Assembly: GCA_045106895.1 (NCBI GenBank)
Contig: JBGCFM010000049.1
Span: forward strand, 32,495-96,494
DNA length: 64,000 nt
Source: Polyangiales bacterium
Lineage (GTDB): Bacteria > Myxococcota_A > Polyangia > Polyangiales > Houyiibacteriaceae
Direction: 5' to 3'
The notes beneath the pieces were generated by a model that saw only the letters and a list, made by a program, of their open reading frames with translations, had not been told where the DNA came from and made no database searches. Made by a program: the position numbers and the translations under genes. Below, piece by piece: positions 1 through 9,435 of the stretch (the first letter of the stretch is position 1; every line of letters starts with the position of its first letter).

Positions 1-237
1 GCTGACCCACTCGACGCCCAGTTCCTTCAGCTCGTCGAGGGTAGCGGCGCTGGTGTCGCTCCCATACCCGTGCTCTCCGCCGCTCTCCCAAGAGTGGGCG
101 AGGCACATGCCGCGCTGAACCTCCGCGGCGAGCGCCGCCGTGGGTGTTGATGCGGGACGCGCCTCGTCCATTGCAGCGTGTCGGGCGGTGGGGGCAACGC
201 ACTCACAAGTGGTTAGGAGTAGGAGAAGAACACGCAC
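1..237 (-). CDS. Secreted glycoside hydrolase-like protein (GH113/TIM-barrel type), 5' part only; runs off the window start
   Basis: Not in the ORF track; hand translation from GTG at 237: MRVLLLLLTTCECVAP...QRGMCLAHSWESGGEHGYGSDTSAATLDELKELGVEWVS. Hydrophobic N-terminus; GYGS...L..LKELGVEWVS resembles the first strand-helix of GH113-like barrels. Confidence 0.55.
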   Translation of the reverse strand, partial: MRVLLLLLTTCECVAPTARHAAMDEARPASTPTAALAAEVQRGMCLAHSWESGGEHGYGSDTSAATLDELKELGVEWVS

Positions 238-386
238 GTCGGTTTCACCTTTTCATAGACGAAAAAGCCCCACAAGTGCGCTGGCGAGAACATCGACGCT
301 TGGGGCTCGTGTTCGTTGTTTTCGGTGGTGCCATTTCGTACCATCCGTGTCCCAGCCACCTTGGGCTTGGGACGAAAGTAGATGGA

Positions 387-1040
387 ATGAAGCGACTGGC
401 TTTGGCTCTAACCCTCACGACGCTCGGCATCAGCTCCACCGCCTGGGCTGGCGCGGTGCGTGGGCGGCTCGCGATCGGCAATCAGGCTGTGCCGGAATCA
501 CAGCAAGCGGAGCACTACTGGAACGCGTGGAACGGGTTCATCGCGGCAGGCGAGATGAACATCGACATCACGCGGGAGCTCAGCGTGGTGCTTCGTGGCG
601 GCGCGGCCGAAGAGCCCGTTGGCTGCGAGTACACCATGAGCGGAGGCGACCTCAGTTCGCGCACCATGGTCGTCAAGACCGGCGCACGTATCCGACTCGT
701 CAACGGCGATGGCGCTGTCCACGAACTCGCCATCGACGGGCTCGGCGACGAGGGCGCGACCTTGCCCACGGCGCCTGGCAACGCGCGTCAGCTCACGATT
801 CCGGCGGGCGGCCCCTACGCCATTACGGACGCACTCTACGCACACGTTCAAGGAACCATCGTTCCCGTCGACGACCTCGCCGCTTGCGGCAGTGTTGAGG
901 CGAACGGTGCCTTCACGCTCCCCGAAGTTCCTGCAGGTGACTACGTGTTGGCGGTCTACCGCAACGGCGAACAGGTTCATGAGCAGAACGTCACCCTCGA
1001 AGCCGGCGTCGTCGAAGTCGACCGAATCAGTCTGGACTAA
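387..1040 (+). CDS. Secreted protein with cupredoxin-like and carboxypeptidase-regulatory-like beta-sandwich domains
   Basis: ATG at 387 gives a signal peptide MKRLALALTLTTLGISSTAWA; motifs RIRLVNGDGAVHEL and GAFTLPEVPAGDYVLAVY; ends 5 bp before the next gene. Confidence 0.65.
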   Translation: MKRLALALTLTTLGISSTAWAGAVRGRLAIGNQAVPESQQAEHYWNAWNGFIAAGEMNIDITRELSVVLRGGAAEEPVGCEYTMSGGDLSSRTMVVKTGARIRLVNGDGAVHELAIDGLGDEGATLPTAPGNARQLTIPAGGPYAITDALYAHVQGTIVPVDDLAACGSVEANGAFTLPEVPAGDYVLAVYRNGEQVHEQNVTLEAGVVEVDRISLD

Positions 1041-1045
1041 CTCGA

Positions 1046-2689
1046 ATGTTTTCACGTCTTTGGTATTTCGTTATCGCGGCTGTGGCCGGCGCTGGTCTCG
1101 CCGGCGCTTTCATCGCCCAATCCACCCTCGACCATCGCTCGGAGGTTGAGGTTCAAGACAGCCTTCGTCGAGACCGTGCCGAGCTTGAGCTCTGGCTGCG
1201 TTACGACGCTCGCGCACGCCTCGACTCCTTGGGTCCAATGGCCGCTCATCAAGATGTCCGCACGGCCCTCGCTGCCGCGAGCGGTGGTCGGCGCGGAAGC
1301 CTTGACGCCGATGCTCGCGCTGCCCTTGGAAACACCCTCGCGGGTCTGAACGAGCAGCTCGAGGAGGGCGCAGCGCAGCTCCTCTTCGCGCTGGACGGTC
1401 AAGGAACCATCGTCGCGCAGCTCGGAGGGACGACACCCCCAGTCGGCGCGGGTCTCGGCGCTTTCCCAGTGGTTCGTCGCGCGCTGAACGGGTTTCAGAC
1501 CGATGACGTTCTTGTCTATAACGGGGACGTCTACCGTGCAGCGGCGCGTCCTGTCGTTCAGGGCGGACGCTACGTAGGCGCCATCGTTCACTGCAGCGAG
1601 ATGGGCGCGCAGCTGGCGCAGCGCATTGGTAGCCGGCTCTCGGGAGCGACCCTTGGGTTCTTCTTCCGCGGCGACATCTTGGCGACACATTCGCCGGACG
1701 CGAGCGTGGGACGGACGGAGATGGAAGCGAACCTTGGCTCCGCCTTGGAGCTGGAGGAGCTCCAGGAGAACGGCCACACGGCGCCGGTCGAAATGGGCGA
1801 AGGCCGGATGGCGGTGTGGGCATACGCAACAGGCAGCGCTCGCCACGCAGGTGCAGGCTACGTCCTTGCTCGTCCAGTGCCGCTCTTGGGTTCTCCCATG
1901 GCGCTCTTCAGCTCTATCCCCGACAGCGTGATGGCGGCCATCAACTGGCCTCTCGTCGCAGGTCTCCCGCTGCTCTTGGGTCTGCTTGGACTCCTCTTGA
2001 TGTTCCTCGAGCGCGACCGACCCTTCGGGCGCTTTCGAACCGCCGTCACCGCGCTCGGCGAAGGCCGAACACAACACCTGGAAGAGGCGGCGTTGCCGGC
2101 TCGGTTCCGAAAGCTCGCGCACGACGTCAATGAAGGGCTCTCGCGAGCGGGTGCGGGCGGGGCAGCTGCGCCAAAGGCGACGGCGGACCTCGATCAGATC
2201 CTCGGCGACGCTCCCTCTTCTTCGAGCACCCCGTACTTTGGGTTCGCGCCAGAGCCGGAGGCCCCGGCGGCCCCGCCGTCCATGCTGCCACTCGACGGAT
2301 CCGACCTGGAATCGATAGCTCCAGGGCCGAACGACCGACCCACAAGCCCCCCGCCTCCCGGGGCAGCACCGCCGCCGCCGCCGACGTCGGCCTTCGACGA
2401 TGACGATGAGTCTGGAGCAACGATGGTCGCTGCCGTTCCTTCGGAGCTCCTTGCTGCGTCGTCTCATAGCCCCCTCGATCGGCACTATCGTGCGGTCTAT
2501 GACGAGTTCGTTACGCTCAAGAAGAAATGCGGCGAACCCACCTCCGGGCTCACCTTCGAGAAGCTGCTCACGACGCTTCGGAAGAACGCCGAGACCATCA
2601 AGGCGAAGCACAACGTCGACGAGGTTCGGTTCACGGTCTACGAAAAGGCGGGCAAGGCTGCTCTAAAGGCGACACCCGTGAAACGCTGA
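1046..2689 (+). CDS. MXAN_5187-family membrane protein (TM - Cache-like periplasmic domain - TM - Pro-rich linker - conserved C-terminal domain)
   Basis: Two TM segments and a Pro-rich linker; C-terminal HYRAVYDEFVTLKKKCGE..LTFEKL...RFTVYEKAGKAALKATP matches the myxobacterial MXAN_5187 C-terminal domain as I recall it. Confidence 0.8.
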   Translation: MFSRLWYFVIAAVAGAGLAGAFIAQSTLDHRSEVEVQDSLRRDRAELELWLRYDARARLDSLGPMAAHQDVRTALAAASGGRRGSLDADARAALGNTLAGLNEQLEEGAAQLLFALDGQGTIVAQLGGTTPPVGAGLGAFPVVRRALNGFQTDDVLVYNGDVYRAAARPVVQGGRYVGAIVHCSEMGAQLAQRIGSRLSGATLGFFFRGDILATHSPDASVGRTEMEANLGSALELEELQENGHTAPVEMGEGRMAVWAYATGSARHAGAGYVLARPVPLLGSPMALFSSIPDSVMAAINWPLVAGLPLLLGLLGLLLMFLERDRPFGRFRTAVTALGEGRTQHLEEAALPARFRKLAHDVNEGLSRAGAGGAAAPKATADLDQILGDAPSSSSTPYFGFAPEPEAPAAPPSMLPLDGSDLESIAPGPNDRPTSPPPPGAAPPPPPTSAFDDDDESGATMVAAVPSELLAASSHSPLDRHYRAVYDEFVTLKKKCGEPTSGLTFEKLLTTLRKNAETIKAKHNVDEVRFTVYEKAGKAALKATPVKR

Positions 2690-2703
2690 CCTTGCACGCG
2701 CAC

Positions 2704-2741
2704 AAAAAAAGAGCCTGCTCGAAACCGAGCGGGCTCTTTTT
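2704..2741. terminator. Bidirectional rho-independent terminator
   Basis: A-run, stem AGAGCCTGCTCG / CGAGCGGGCTCT with 4-nt loop, T-run; lies between convergent MXAN_5187 gene and the ncRNA. Confidence 0.85.
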
Positions 2742-2748
2742 GATTATG

Positions 2749-2939
2749 GTTCCTTACCGTGAAGAACGTGGGATGAATACGGAGTCGAACCCCTACTTTG
2801 CAGTAGGTGGGAACTGATATCGAACGCTTTAGGCTTCCCGATGACTGATGCCGGTCCTGCACACCACGTTCGCTGAGGGACCCGATTCGACCTGGTCAGG
2901 GATTCAAAACTCCTTCCTCACAAAACTCACAGAGGGAAC
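2749..2939 (-). ncRNA. ssrS: 6S RNA (probable)
   Basis: ~190 nt non-coding region. The minus strand folds as a long rod: GTTCC..CTGTGAG / CTTCACGG..GGAAC, GGAGTTTTGAATCCCT / AGGGGTTCGACTCC, CGAACG / CGTTCG. It carries GTGTGCA...GGGAAGCCTAAAG...CCCACCT...GGTTCG motifs typical of deltaproteobacterial 6S and is flanked by a promoter and a terminator. Confidence 0.8.
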
Positions 2940-2945
2940 TCTTTA

Positions 2946-2974
2946 AGAGTACGGCCAAGTGTGCGCAAAATCAA
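2946..2974 (-). promoter_or_regulatory. sigma70-type promoter of the putative 6S RNA
   Basis: Minus strand TTGATT (2974-2969), 17-nt spacer, TACTCT (2951-2946); predicted start ~2939-2940 coincides with the 5' end of the closing stem. Confidence 0.65.
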
Positions 2975-2988
2975 CGGCCAGGCCGTGC

Positions 2989-3540
2989 TTATCCGCGTCC
3001 AAGCCACGGAACATCTGGAACGCCGGCTGCATGATTCAAGGCACGTGCCAGCACAAAAAGTAAGTCACTGAGCCGGTTTACATAGTGCATCGCTTCGTCA
3101 CGAACTGGCGAAGAAGCACGCAGAGAAACGAGCGAACGTTCCGCGCGTCGGCACACCGTGCGCGCCAAGTGCGCGTGTGCAGCACCCGGCGTGCCGCCCG
3201 GAAGCACGAAGGTCTTGAGCGGCGGGAGTCCGACTTCGTGACGGTCGATGGCGCCTTCGAGGCCCTCGACGTCGCTAACGTCGAGCCGTGGTTGGCCGCT
3301 CGTATCGCGGCCAGGAGCCGTCGCCAATTCGGCGCCGAGATCAAAGAGCTGACTCTGGATACGCGCGAGGAGCGAATCTATATCGTCGTCGTCCACGTGC
3401 GTTCGGAGGATGCCGATGCAGCTGTTGAGCTCGTCGACCTCGCCGTACGCGTTTACCCGTTCGTCGTCCTTCGACACACGCGCGCCCCCAAAGAGTCCGG
3501 TCTCGCCTTTGTCGCCCGTTTTTGTGTAGATTTTCACCAA
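2989..3540 (-). CDS. pduO: Cob(I)alamin adenosyltransferase, PduO/MMAB type
   Basis: KIYTKTGDKGETGL, AYGEVDELNS, ARTVCRRAER, YVNRLSDLLFVLAR motifs. Confidence 0.93.
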   Translation of the reverse strand: MVKIYTKTGDKGETGLFGGARVSKDDERVNAYGEVDELNSCIGILRTHVDDDDIDSLLARIQSQLFDLGAELATAPGRDTSGQPRLDVSDVEGLEGAIDRHEVGLPPLKTFVLPGGTPGAAHAHLARTVCRRAERSLVSLRASSPVRDEAMHYVNRLSDLLFVLARALNHAAGVPDVPWLGRG

Positions 3541-3609
3541 AGGAACGTGACGGAATCAGCCGCGGGGTCAATCGCTCGTCGTTCGGAGCGATCACCGACA
3601 TCCCAGGTG

Positions 3610-4533
3610 CTAGTTACCGAAGCGCTCGGGACGTCCGTAGCCAGCCAGGAACGCCGCAGCGGGCAGACGTTTCTTGCCCGCTGGCTGAAGCACGCTCACC
3701 GCTAGAACGCCGGTCCCGCAGGCGACGAGAATTCCACGTTCGTCGACGCCGACGACATCACCAGGTTCGCCCCGAGCGGGCGCACGCGTCGGCGACGCCT
3801 CGTGGATCTTCAACACGACGCCATCACGCGTGGTGAAAGGCCCAGGCCAGGGCGTCATCCCGCGCATATGCGCGTGCACTAACGAGACGTCCTTGGACCA
3901 GTCGATGCGTCCGTCTTCTTTGGTCAGCATTCGCGCGTGGGTGATGCCCTCGCTCGGCTGCGGTTTCGCCAGAAGGCTCCCGGCGACGATCTGAGGAAGC
4001 GACTCCTCAAGCAAGTCAGCGCCGAGTTGCGCGAGCTCCGGCGCGAGGCTGGCGCTGGTGTGCGTCTCGCCGATGAGCATCGCGCGGGTGGCGTAGACGC
4101 CGCCGGTGTCCATGCCTTCATCCATAGCCATGACCGCCACGCCCGTCTCGGCGTCGCCGGAGGCGATGGACCACTGAATCGGACCGGCGCCTCGCCAGCG
4201 CGGCAGAAGGGAGGCGTGAACGTTGACGCAGCCAACGCGTGGCGCTTCAAGAACGGGGAGGGGCAAGATGCGCCCGTAAGCGACGACGACGGCGACATCG
4301 AGTTCGAGTTCGCGTAGCTGCGCCGCGAGCTTTCCGTTTCTTACCTTCTTCGGTTGGAAGACAGGAAGCGAGAGCTCCTCCGCTCGGACTTTTACCGCTG
4401 GAGGGCGAAGGCTCATGCCGCGCCCTGCCGGTCGGTCGGGCTGACTAAAGACGGCCTGGATGTCCGCGATTCGATTCAGCGCATCAAGACAAGGGATCGC
4501 AAACGCGGGTGAACCAAAGAAGGCGGCGCGCAT
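3610..4533 (-). CDS. fmt: Methionyl-tRNA formyltransferase
   Basis: FFGSPAFA, QPDRPAGRG, VVVAYGRIL, NVHASLLPRWRGAGPI; adjacent to def. Confidence 0.97.
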   Translation of the reverse strand: MRAAFFGSPAFAIPCLDALNRIADIQAVFSQPDRPAGRGMSLRPPAVKVRAEELSLPVFQPKKVRNGKLAAQLRELELDVAVVVAYGRILPLPVLEAPRVGCVNVHASLLPRWRGAGPIQWSIASGDAETGVAVMAMDEGMDTGGVYATRAMLIGETHTSASLAPELAQLGADLLEESLPQIVAGSLLAKPQPSEGITHARMLTKEDGRIDWSKDVSLVHAHMRGMTPWPGPFTTRDGVVLKIHEASPTRAPARGEPGDVVGVDERGILVACGTGVLAVSVLQPAGKKRLPAAAFLAGYGRPERFGN

Positions 4534-4536
4534 GCT

Positions 4537-5043
4537 CTAGCTCTTGGCGCGTTTCAGCATGGAACGATGAAGCAGGCGGCGGCGAAGGACACCGAGCTTG
4601 TCGATCATCAGCTTGCCGTCGAGGTGATCGTTTTCGTGCTGAAGGGCGATGGCGAGGAGCTCATCGGCTTCCACTTCAAAGGTCTCCCCATGACGGTCCT
4701 GGGCGCGGACCTTCACGGTCTCTGCGCGCTCGATCTCTTCCCGTGCGCCGGGAAAAGAAAGGCAGCCCTCGTCGAAGAGTGTGCTCCCGTTCTTCTCGAT
4801 GAACTCGGGGTTGGCGAACACCCGAAGGTCGCTTGGCTCGTCCTCGCCGGCGGCGACATCGATGATGAACACGCGCAGAGCGACGCCAATTTGAGGCGCC
4901 GCCAGACCCACACCGGGGGCTGCGTACATGGTCTCGGCCATGTCATCGATAAGCGTCTGGAACTCTGGACCAAAGTCCGCGACGGGCTCGCCGGGCGTTC
5001 GGAGCCGCTTGTCGGGGTAGTGAAGAATCGGGCGAATGGCCAT
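4537..5043 (-). CDS. def: Peptide deformylase
   Basis: GVGLAAPQIG, EGCLS, QHENDHLDG motifs; start set at MAIRPIL (ATG 5043). Confidence 0.97.
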   Translation of the reverse strand: MAIRPILHYPDKRLRTPGEPVADFGPEFQTLIDDMAETMYAAPGVGLAAPQIGVALRVFIIDVAAGEDEPSDLRVFANPEFIEKNGSTLFDEGCLSFPGAREEIERAETVKVRAQDRHGETFEVEADELLAIALQHENDHLDGKLMIDKLGVLRRRLLHRSMLKRAKS

Positions 5044-5190
5044 GGGGGAGGATCTAGCGAGACACACCGCCATGGGCAACCCCCCACCTGACTGAAGCAC
5101 GCTCTACGAGTGGCAGACCCACGAAGCGACTCCGGCGATTGTGGATGCTGGCCCACCCGCAGAGTCGAGCGTGGTGGGCGGAGAAGCGCC

Positions 5191-7071
5191 CTAGGACGCG
5201 AGGCCGGCGATATACAACTTCCGCAGTCGCTCATGACGGAGGACTTCGAAGGCGTCTTCGATGGCTTCCACCGCTTCATCACGCGGTCCCTCGAGGTCTT
5301 CGAGCCCGAGGGACTCGAGATCGAGATGCGTGAGGGCCTTGATGAGGAGCTGGTGGGCTTCCTTCACTTGGCGGGAGGTGGCGTTTCGCGAGATGCCCAA
5401 GATGTCGAAGTAGTCGCCTTCGAGCGCGAGTGCATGAGCTCGCTCGATTCGCGAGCGTAGCGAGTCTGCGTTGGCCGTCGCTTTTTGGCCCGCCTCGAAA
5501 CGAAGCGCCTCTGCTGAGGCGAGAGAGAAGAGGGCGCCGGCGGCTCCGGCCGTTGCCGCAACGCTGGAAAGGAGCTCCACGACGGGTCGTCCTGCAGCGG
5601 CTTCAAAGGCCGCGGCGAGCTCGGGCGGTAGCTCGACGGCGTTGGACATTTCGACGAAGTTCGGTGCCAGCCAGAGCGTCGAGGCGGGTTTGATCCCGAG
5701 CCAGCGAAGCGCGTCTCCTGCGCCGAGTTCTGCGCGCACACGTTCCGTGGCGATGACGATGAGCGGGCGGGCAAAAAGCCGCTTTGTCGCGGTGATGTTC
5801 GCTTCCGTGAGGACGAACCGAGACTCGTGCGCACGGCAAAGTTCACCAATGATCAACTCGCGTTCGACCCGCAAGCGCGCGTCTCGCTCGAAGGCGCTCA
5901 GCCGCCCCGCTTTCACCGCGTCGTCGAGGGCGGCTTGGGCCTCCTCTTCGGTGTGCGTCATCGCGCCGAGAAGCCCTTCGTTTCGAAGGGCCTCCGCGAC
6001 TCGTGAGTTCGCCGGCCCGCGCATCTCAGCGACGCGCCCACGTTTGATCGAGAAGGTGACGGAGACACCACCCGCGACCTCGAGCCGTAGCTCGGTTCCA
6101 CGGGTCTGGCGTAGTTGCCAGAACATTCGAAGGGCACCGCCTGCGGGCAGCATGCCTTCTTTCGTCAGGTCCGTGGCGACGGAGGGAGAGGTCAGCTCGC
6201 TCCCCGTAGAAGACACGAGGCTCATCGGCGGACGAACGGAGCCACTGACGGTATGCGGCGTCGCGTCTTTGGGGGCGCGGCGACCCGCGGCGGTATCCAG
6301 GAGATCAGGGGTGCCTACGAAGGTGAAGGCCTCCAGTGGGTCCGCGGCGTTTTGCACGTCGAGGGGCAGGGCAACTTCCGCCAGGAGTTCATCCGGCACC
6401 AGTTGATGGGCATCTTCTTCGCCCACCGGAAAGCGCAGGTCGAGGGGGCTCTGGCCGGGAAAGAGGCGTCGGTCCGCAGCGCGCAGTAGCTCGTTGAGAT
6501 GGGGGGAGAGCTGCAGGCCTTCCGACTCAAAGCGTGGACCTGCGCCTTCGGGTGCGTCGAGGGCGCCGGTGCTTGAGTGGCTTGCTTCGCCGGTCCGCAT
6601 GGGCGGGGGGCTGGGTTCGGGGTCGACGCGAACGATGGCCGAGAGGATGTCTTCGCTGTCGCTCAGCTGGACCGTCAGCTCGCGCGCTTCCGGCGCATTC
6701 GGCGTTTCGTCGTCCTTCGGTGCGGGAGCGGTGAGCGTGGGGACGACGGCGGGCGACTCGAGGCCAAGAGCTTCACGAATCGTGCGCAGCAATCGGGCGA
6801 TGGGCACCGGGCGCTCATAGAACGAGTGGGGCTCAAGGCGCTCGAGGTCCGTCGGCGTGAGCGGATCCCAGCCAACGATGATCAGTACGCCGGAATACCC
6901 AGTTGTGATCTTCTCGAGTTCGGCGTGGTTTCGATCGATGATGAGAACGTCCGCGTCTGGCGCCTCACCCTCCTCGGATTCGATGACCTCCATCCCCGCG
7001 TCGCTCAAAGCGCGCGTGATCCAGCTACCTTCTGGCCCCGAAAGGCGTAGGTCGATGGTGGTGGTGCTCAC
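5191..7071 (-). CDS. Multidomain protein: degenerate receiver-like N-terminus, DUF4388-like middle, C-terminal DnaJ-like domain
   Basis: ADVLIID...FYERPVPIARLL (REC-like); C-terminal DYFDILGISRNATSRQVKEAH...IEDAFEVL...RKLY is J-domain-like but lacks HPD (THLD). Confidence 0.65.
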   Translation of the reverse strand: MSTTTIDLRLSGPEGSWITRALSDAGMEVIESEEGEAPDADVLIIDRNHAELEKITTGYSGVLIIVGWDPLTPTDLERLEPHSFYERPVPIARLLRTIREALGLESPAVVPTLTAPAPKDDETPNAPEARELTVQLSDSEDILSAIVRVDPEPSPPPMRTGEASHSSTGALDAPEGAGPRFESEGLQLSPHLNELLRAADRRLFPGQSPLDLRFPVGEEDAHQLVPDELLAEVALPLDVQNAADPLEAFTFVGTPDLLDTAAGRRAPKDATPHTVSGSVRPPMSLVSSTGSELTSPSVATDLTKEGMLPAGGALRMFWQLRQTRGTELRLEVAGGVSVTFSIKRGRVAEMRGPANSRVAEALRNEGLLGAMTHTEEEAQAALDDAVKAGRLSAFERDARLRVERELIIGELCRAHESRFVLTEANITATKRLFARPLIVIATERVRAELGAGDALRWLGIKPASTLWLAPNFVEMSNAVELPPELAAAFEAAAGRPVVELLSSVAATAGAAGALFSLASAEALRFEAGQKATANADSLRSRIERAHALALEGDYFDILGISRNATSRQVKEAHQLLIKALTHLDLESLGLEDLEGPRDEAVEAIEDAFEVLRHERLRKLYIAGLAS

Positions 7072-7179
7072 TCCGCCAGCATACCTGTCCGCCCGGCGGC
7101 GTTCCGCTTAAAACGAGCGCACATGTGCGAAAGCGTGAAAGCACCTCGTCGGACGCAAACGTGCGATTTGATTCACTTC

Positions 7180-9435
7180 CTAGAGCATCGACACGGGATC
7201 GATGTCGAGGGAAGCGCGAACCGTCGAGCGCGAAATGTCGTCGATGGCTCTCGCGACGGCGGCGCTGACGGCACGCAGGGCGCGGCGGTCCTCGCTGCGA
7301 AGAAAGAAGCGGTATCGAAAGCGGCCACGAATTCGCGCAATAGGCGCTGGAACTGGGCCTTGGAGTAGAACGCGCATGTCTTTGCAGGCGGGATGAGAGC
7401 GGGCGACGCCGGCGAGCGAGTTGATGACACTCGAGACCTTCTCTTCGCTCGGCGCGTCGGCGCGCACCGCCGCCATCCAACCGTAGGGCGGGTAGCTCAG
7501 CTCCTCGCGCGCGCGGATCTCTGCTTGATAGAACGCGTCATAGTCATGACCCGCGGCCGCTCGAATGGCGAAGTGCTCTGGGTCGTAGGTTTGAAACATG
7601 ACGGTGCCCGACTTCTCTCCCCGGCCCGCGCGCCCTGCGACCTGCGCCAAGAGCTGGAAGGTGCGCTCCGTGGCACGAAAGTCCGGAAAGCCGAGGGCCT
7701 GGTCCGCGGAGATCACGCCGACGAGAGTCACCCCTGGTATGTCGTGGCCCTTGGTGACCATCTGAGTGCCAACGAGGAGATCGACCTCGCGATCGCGGAG
7801 ACGCCGCAGGACTTCTTCAACGCCGCGACCCGAAGCGACGTCGCGATCGAGGCGAGCCACCCGTGCCGGTGCAAACAGCTCAGCGAGGGAGTCTTCGAGC
7901 TGTTCTGTGCCGAGGCCAATGTGCCCAAGTTCGGTGCTCCCGCACTCGGTGCATGCGTCTGGGACTGAGCGCTCGAAGTCGCAATAGTGGCAGCGCAGCC
8001 GGGAGGCGCGCCGGTGTTCGGTGAGCGCGACGGAGCAGGAAGGGCACTCAAATTGCTGGCCGCAGCCAAGGCAGCGAACGGAAGGGGCGAAGCCTCGGCG
8101 GTTCAAAAAGAGAATCGCTTGATCCCCTGCTTCGAGACACGTGCGAATGCTCTCCTCAAGCGGCCCGCTGAGCTGCGGGTGGCGACCCGGGCGGGCCTTG
8201 GTGCGCCTGAGGTCCAAAATCTCAACCGCCGGCATGGTCTGTCCCGTCGCGCGCGCCGGCAGCGAAAGTAGTGTGGCGGCTCCAGAGTCACTTCGGTGGA
8301 AGGCCTCGATGGAGGGAGTGGCGCTTCCGAGCACTACGGTGGCTCCGGCTCGATGGCCCCGAAGGAGCGCCATGTCCCGGGCCTGGTAGCGAAAGCCTTC
8401 TTCTTGTTTGAAGGATGGGTCGTGCTCCTCATCCACGACGATGAGGCCTAGGTTGGGCACAGGCGCGAAGAGCGCCGAGCGAGCGCCGATGGCGATGTCC
8501 ACATCCCCGGCCCGAAGACGACGCCAAGCGTCGTCGCGCTCGCGGGGACTCAGTGCGCTGTGGAGGACGGCGATATCGTCGCCAAAGCGCGCGCGAAAGC
8601 GGGAGACCAGCTGAGGCGTGAGGGCGATTTCGGGGACGAGGAGAAGTGAACCGCGCTTCTGTTTGCGCGCCGTATCGATGGCGTGGAGGTACACCTCGGT
8701 CTTTCCGCTGCCCGTGACGCCGTGAAGAAGAAACTGCCCGCCGGTCCCGATGGTCTTGACGATGGCGTCGACGGCAAAACGCTGTGCTTCGTTCAGCGTC
8801 GGTGGTGTGTCACGTTCGATGGGCGCCGAAAAGAGTCCGCCACGGACGACACGTTCCTCGCTCGTGACGAGCCCTTTTTCTTGGAGTCCTCGCACGATGG
8901 TTCTGGCGCGCTTGTCCAGCGCACGAAGTTCGCTGAGAGGCGTTTCGACGCCCGGAAGAATGGCGCTGAGCAGTCGCACTTGCGCAGCGCCGAGTCGTAC
9001 GTCCTCGGGCAAGGTCTCGACACGGCGGATGAAAAGCTCACGTCGTTCCGCGATGCTGGTGCCGAGACTCTCGTCGTCTGTGAGGAACCCGCCTTTCTTG
9101 AGTTTGCGCAGCGCGCCTTTGGGAACCGCGGGGGCAGCTGCCCGGAGGACTTCGCCGAGGGGGTGAAAGTAGTATCGCGCGGCTTCGTCGAGGAAGTGGA
9201 GGAGCTCGCTCGGGAAAATCGGCTCGGCTTCGAGGAGTCCAGAGATGTTCACGAGACGCGTTACGCCTTCGGGAGGCGAGTCCCGGAGTCGCATGACGAT
9301 GCCAGCCACTTTGCGCCGCTGGAACGCGACGGCGACACGCGAGCCCGGCTTGACCCGGTCCAGGAGCGTTTCGGGGATGCGGTAGGTAAAGAGGCGACGA
9401 AGAGGTACAGGGATCGCCACCTCGGCAAACTTCAT
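7180..9435 (-). CDS. priA: Primosomal protein N' (replication restart helicase)
   Basis: GVTGSGKT, DEEH, Cys-rich zinc region, QVAGRAGR; start likely ATG 9435 (ATGA overlap with upstream TPR gene; ORF track extends to 9453). Confidence 0.97.
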   Translation of the reverse strand: MKFAEVAIPVPLRRLFTYRIPETLLDRVKPGSRVAVAFQRRKVAGIVMRLRDSPPEGVTRLVNISGLLEAEPIFPSELLHFLDEAARYYFHPLGEVLRAAAPAVPKGALRKLKKGGFLTDDESLGTSIAERRELFIRRVETLPEDVRLGAAQVRLLSAILPGVETPLSELRALDKRARTIVRGLQEKGLVTSEERVVRGGLFSAPIERDTPPTLNEAQRFAVDAIVKTIGTGGQFLLHGVTGSGKTEVYLHAIDTARKQKRGSLLLVPEIALTPQLVSRFRARFGDDIAVLHSALSPRERDDAWRRLRAGDVDIAIGARSALFAPVPNLGLIVVDEEHDPSFKQEEGFRYQARDMALLRGHRAGATVVLGSATPSIEAFHRSDSGAATLLSLPARATGQTMPAVEILDLRRTKARPGRHPQLSGPLEESIRTCLEAGDQAILFLNRRGFAPSVRCLGCGQQFECPSCSVALTEHRRASRLRCHYCDFERSVPDACTECGSTELGHIGLGTEQLEDSLAELFAPARVARLDRDVASGRGVEEVLRRLRDREVDLLVGTQMVTKGHDIPGVTLVGVISADQALGFPDFRATERTFQLLAQVAGRAGRGEKSGTVMFQTYDPEHFAIRAAAGHDYDAFYQAEIRAREELSYPPYGWMAAVRADAPSEEKVSSVINSLAGVARSHPACKDMRVLLQGPVPAPIARIRGRFRYRFFLRSEDRRALRAVSAAVARAIDDISRSTVRASLDIDPVSML

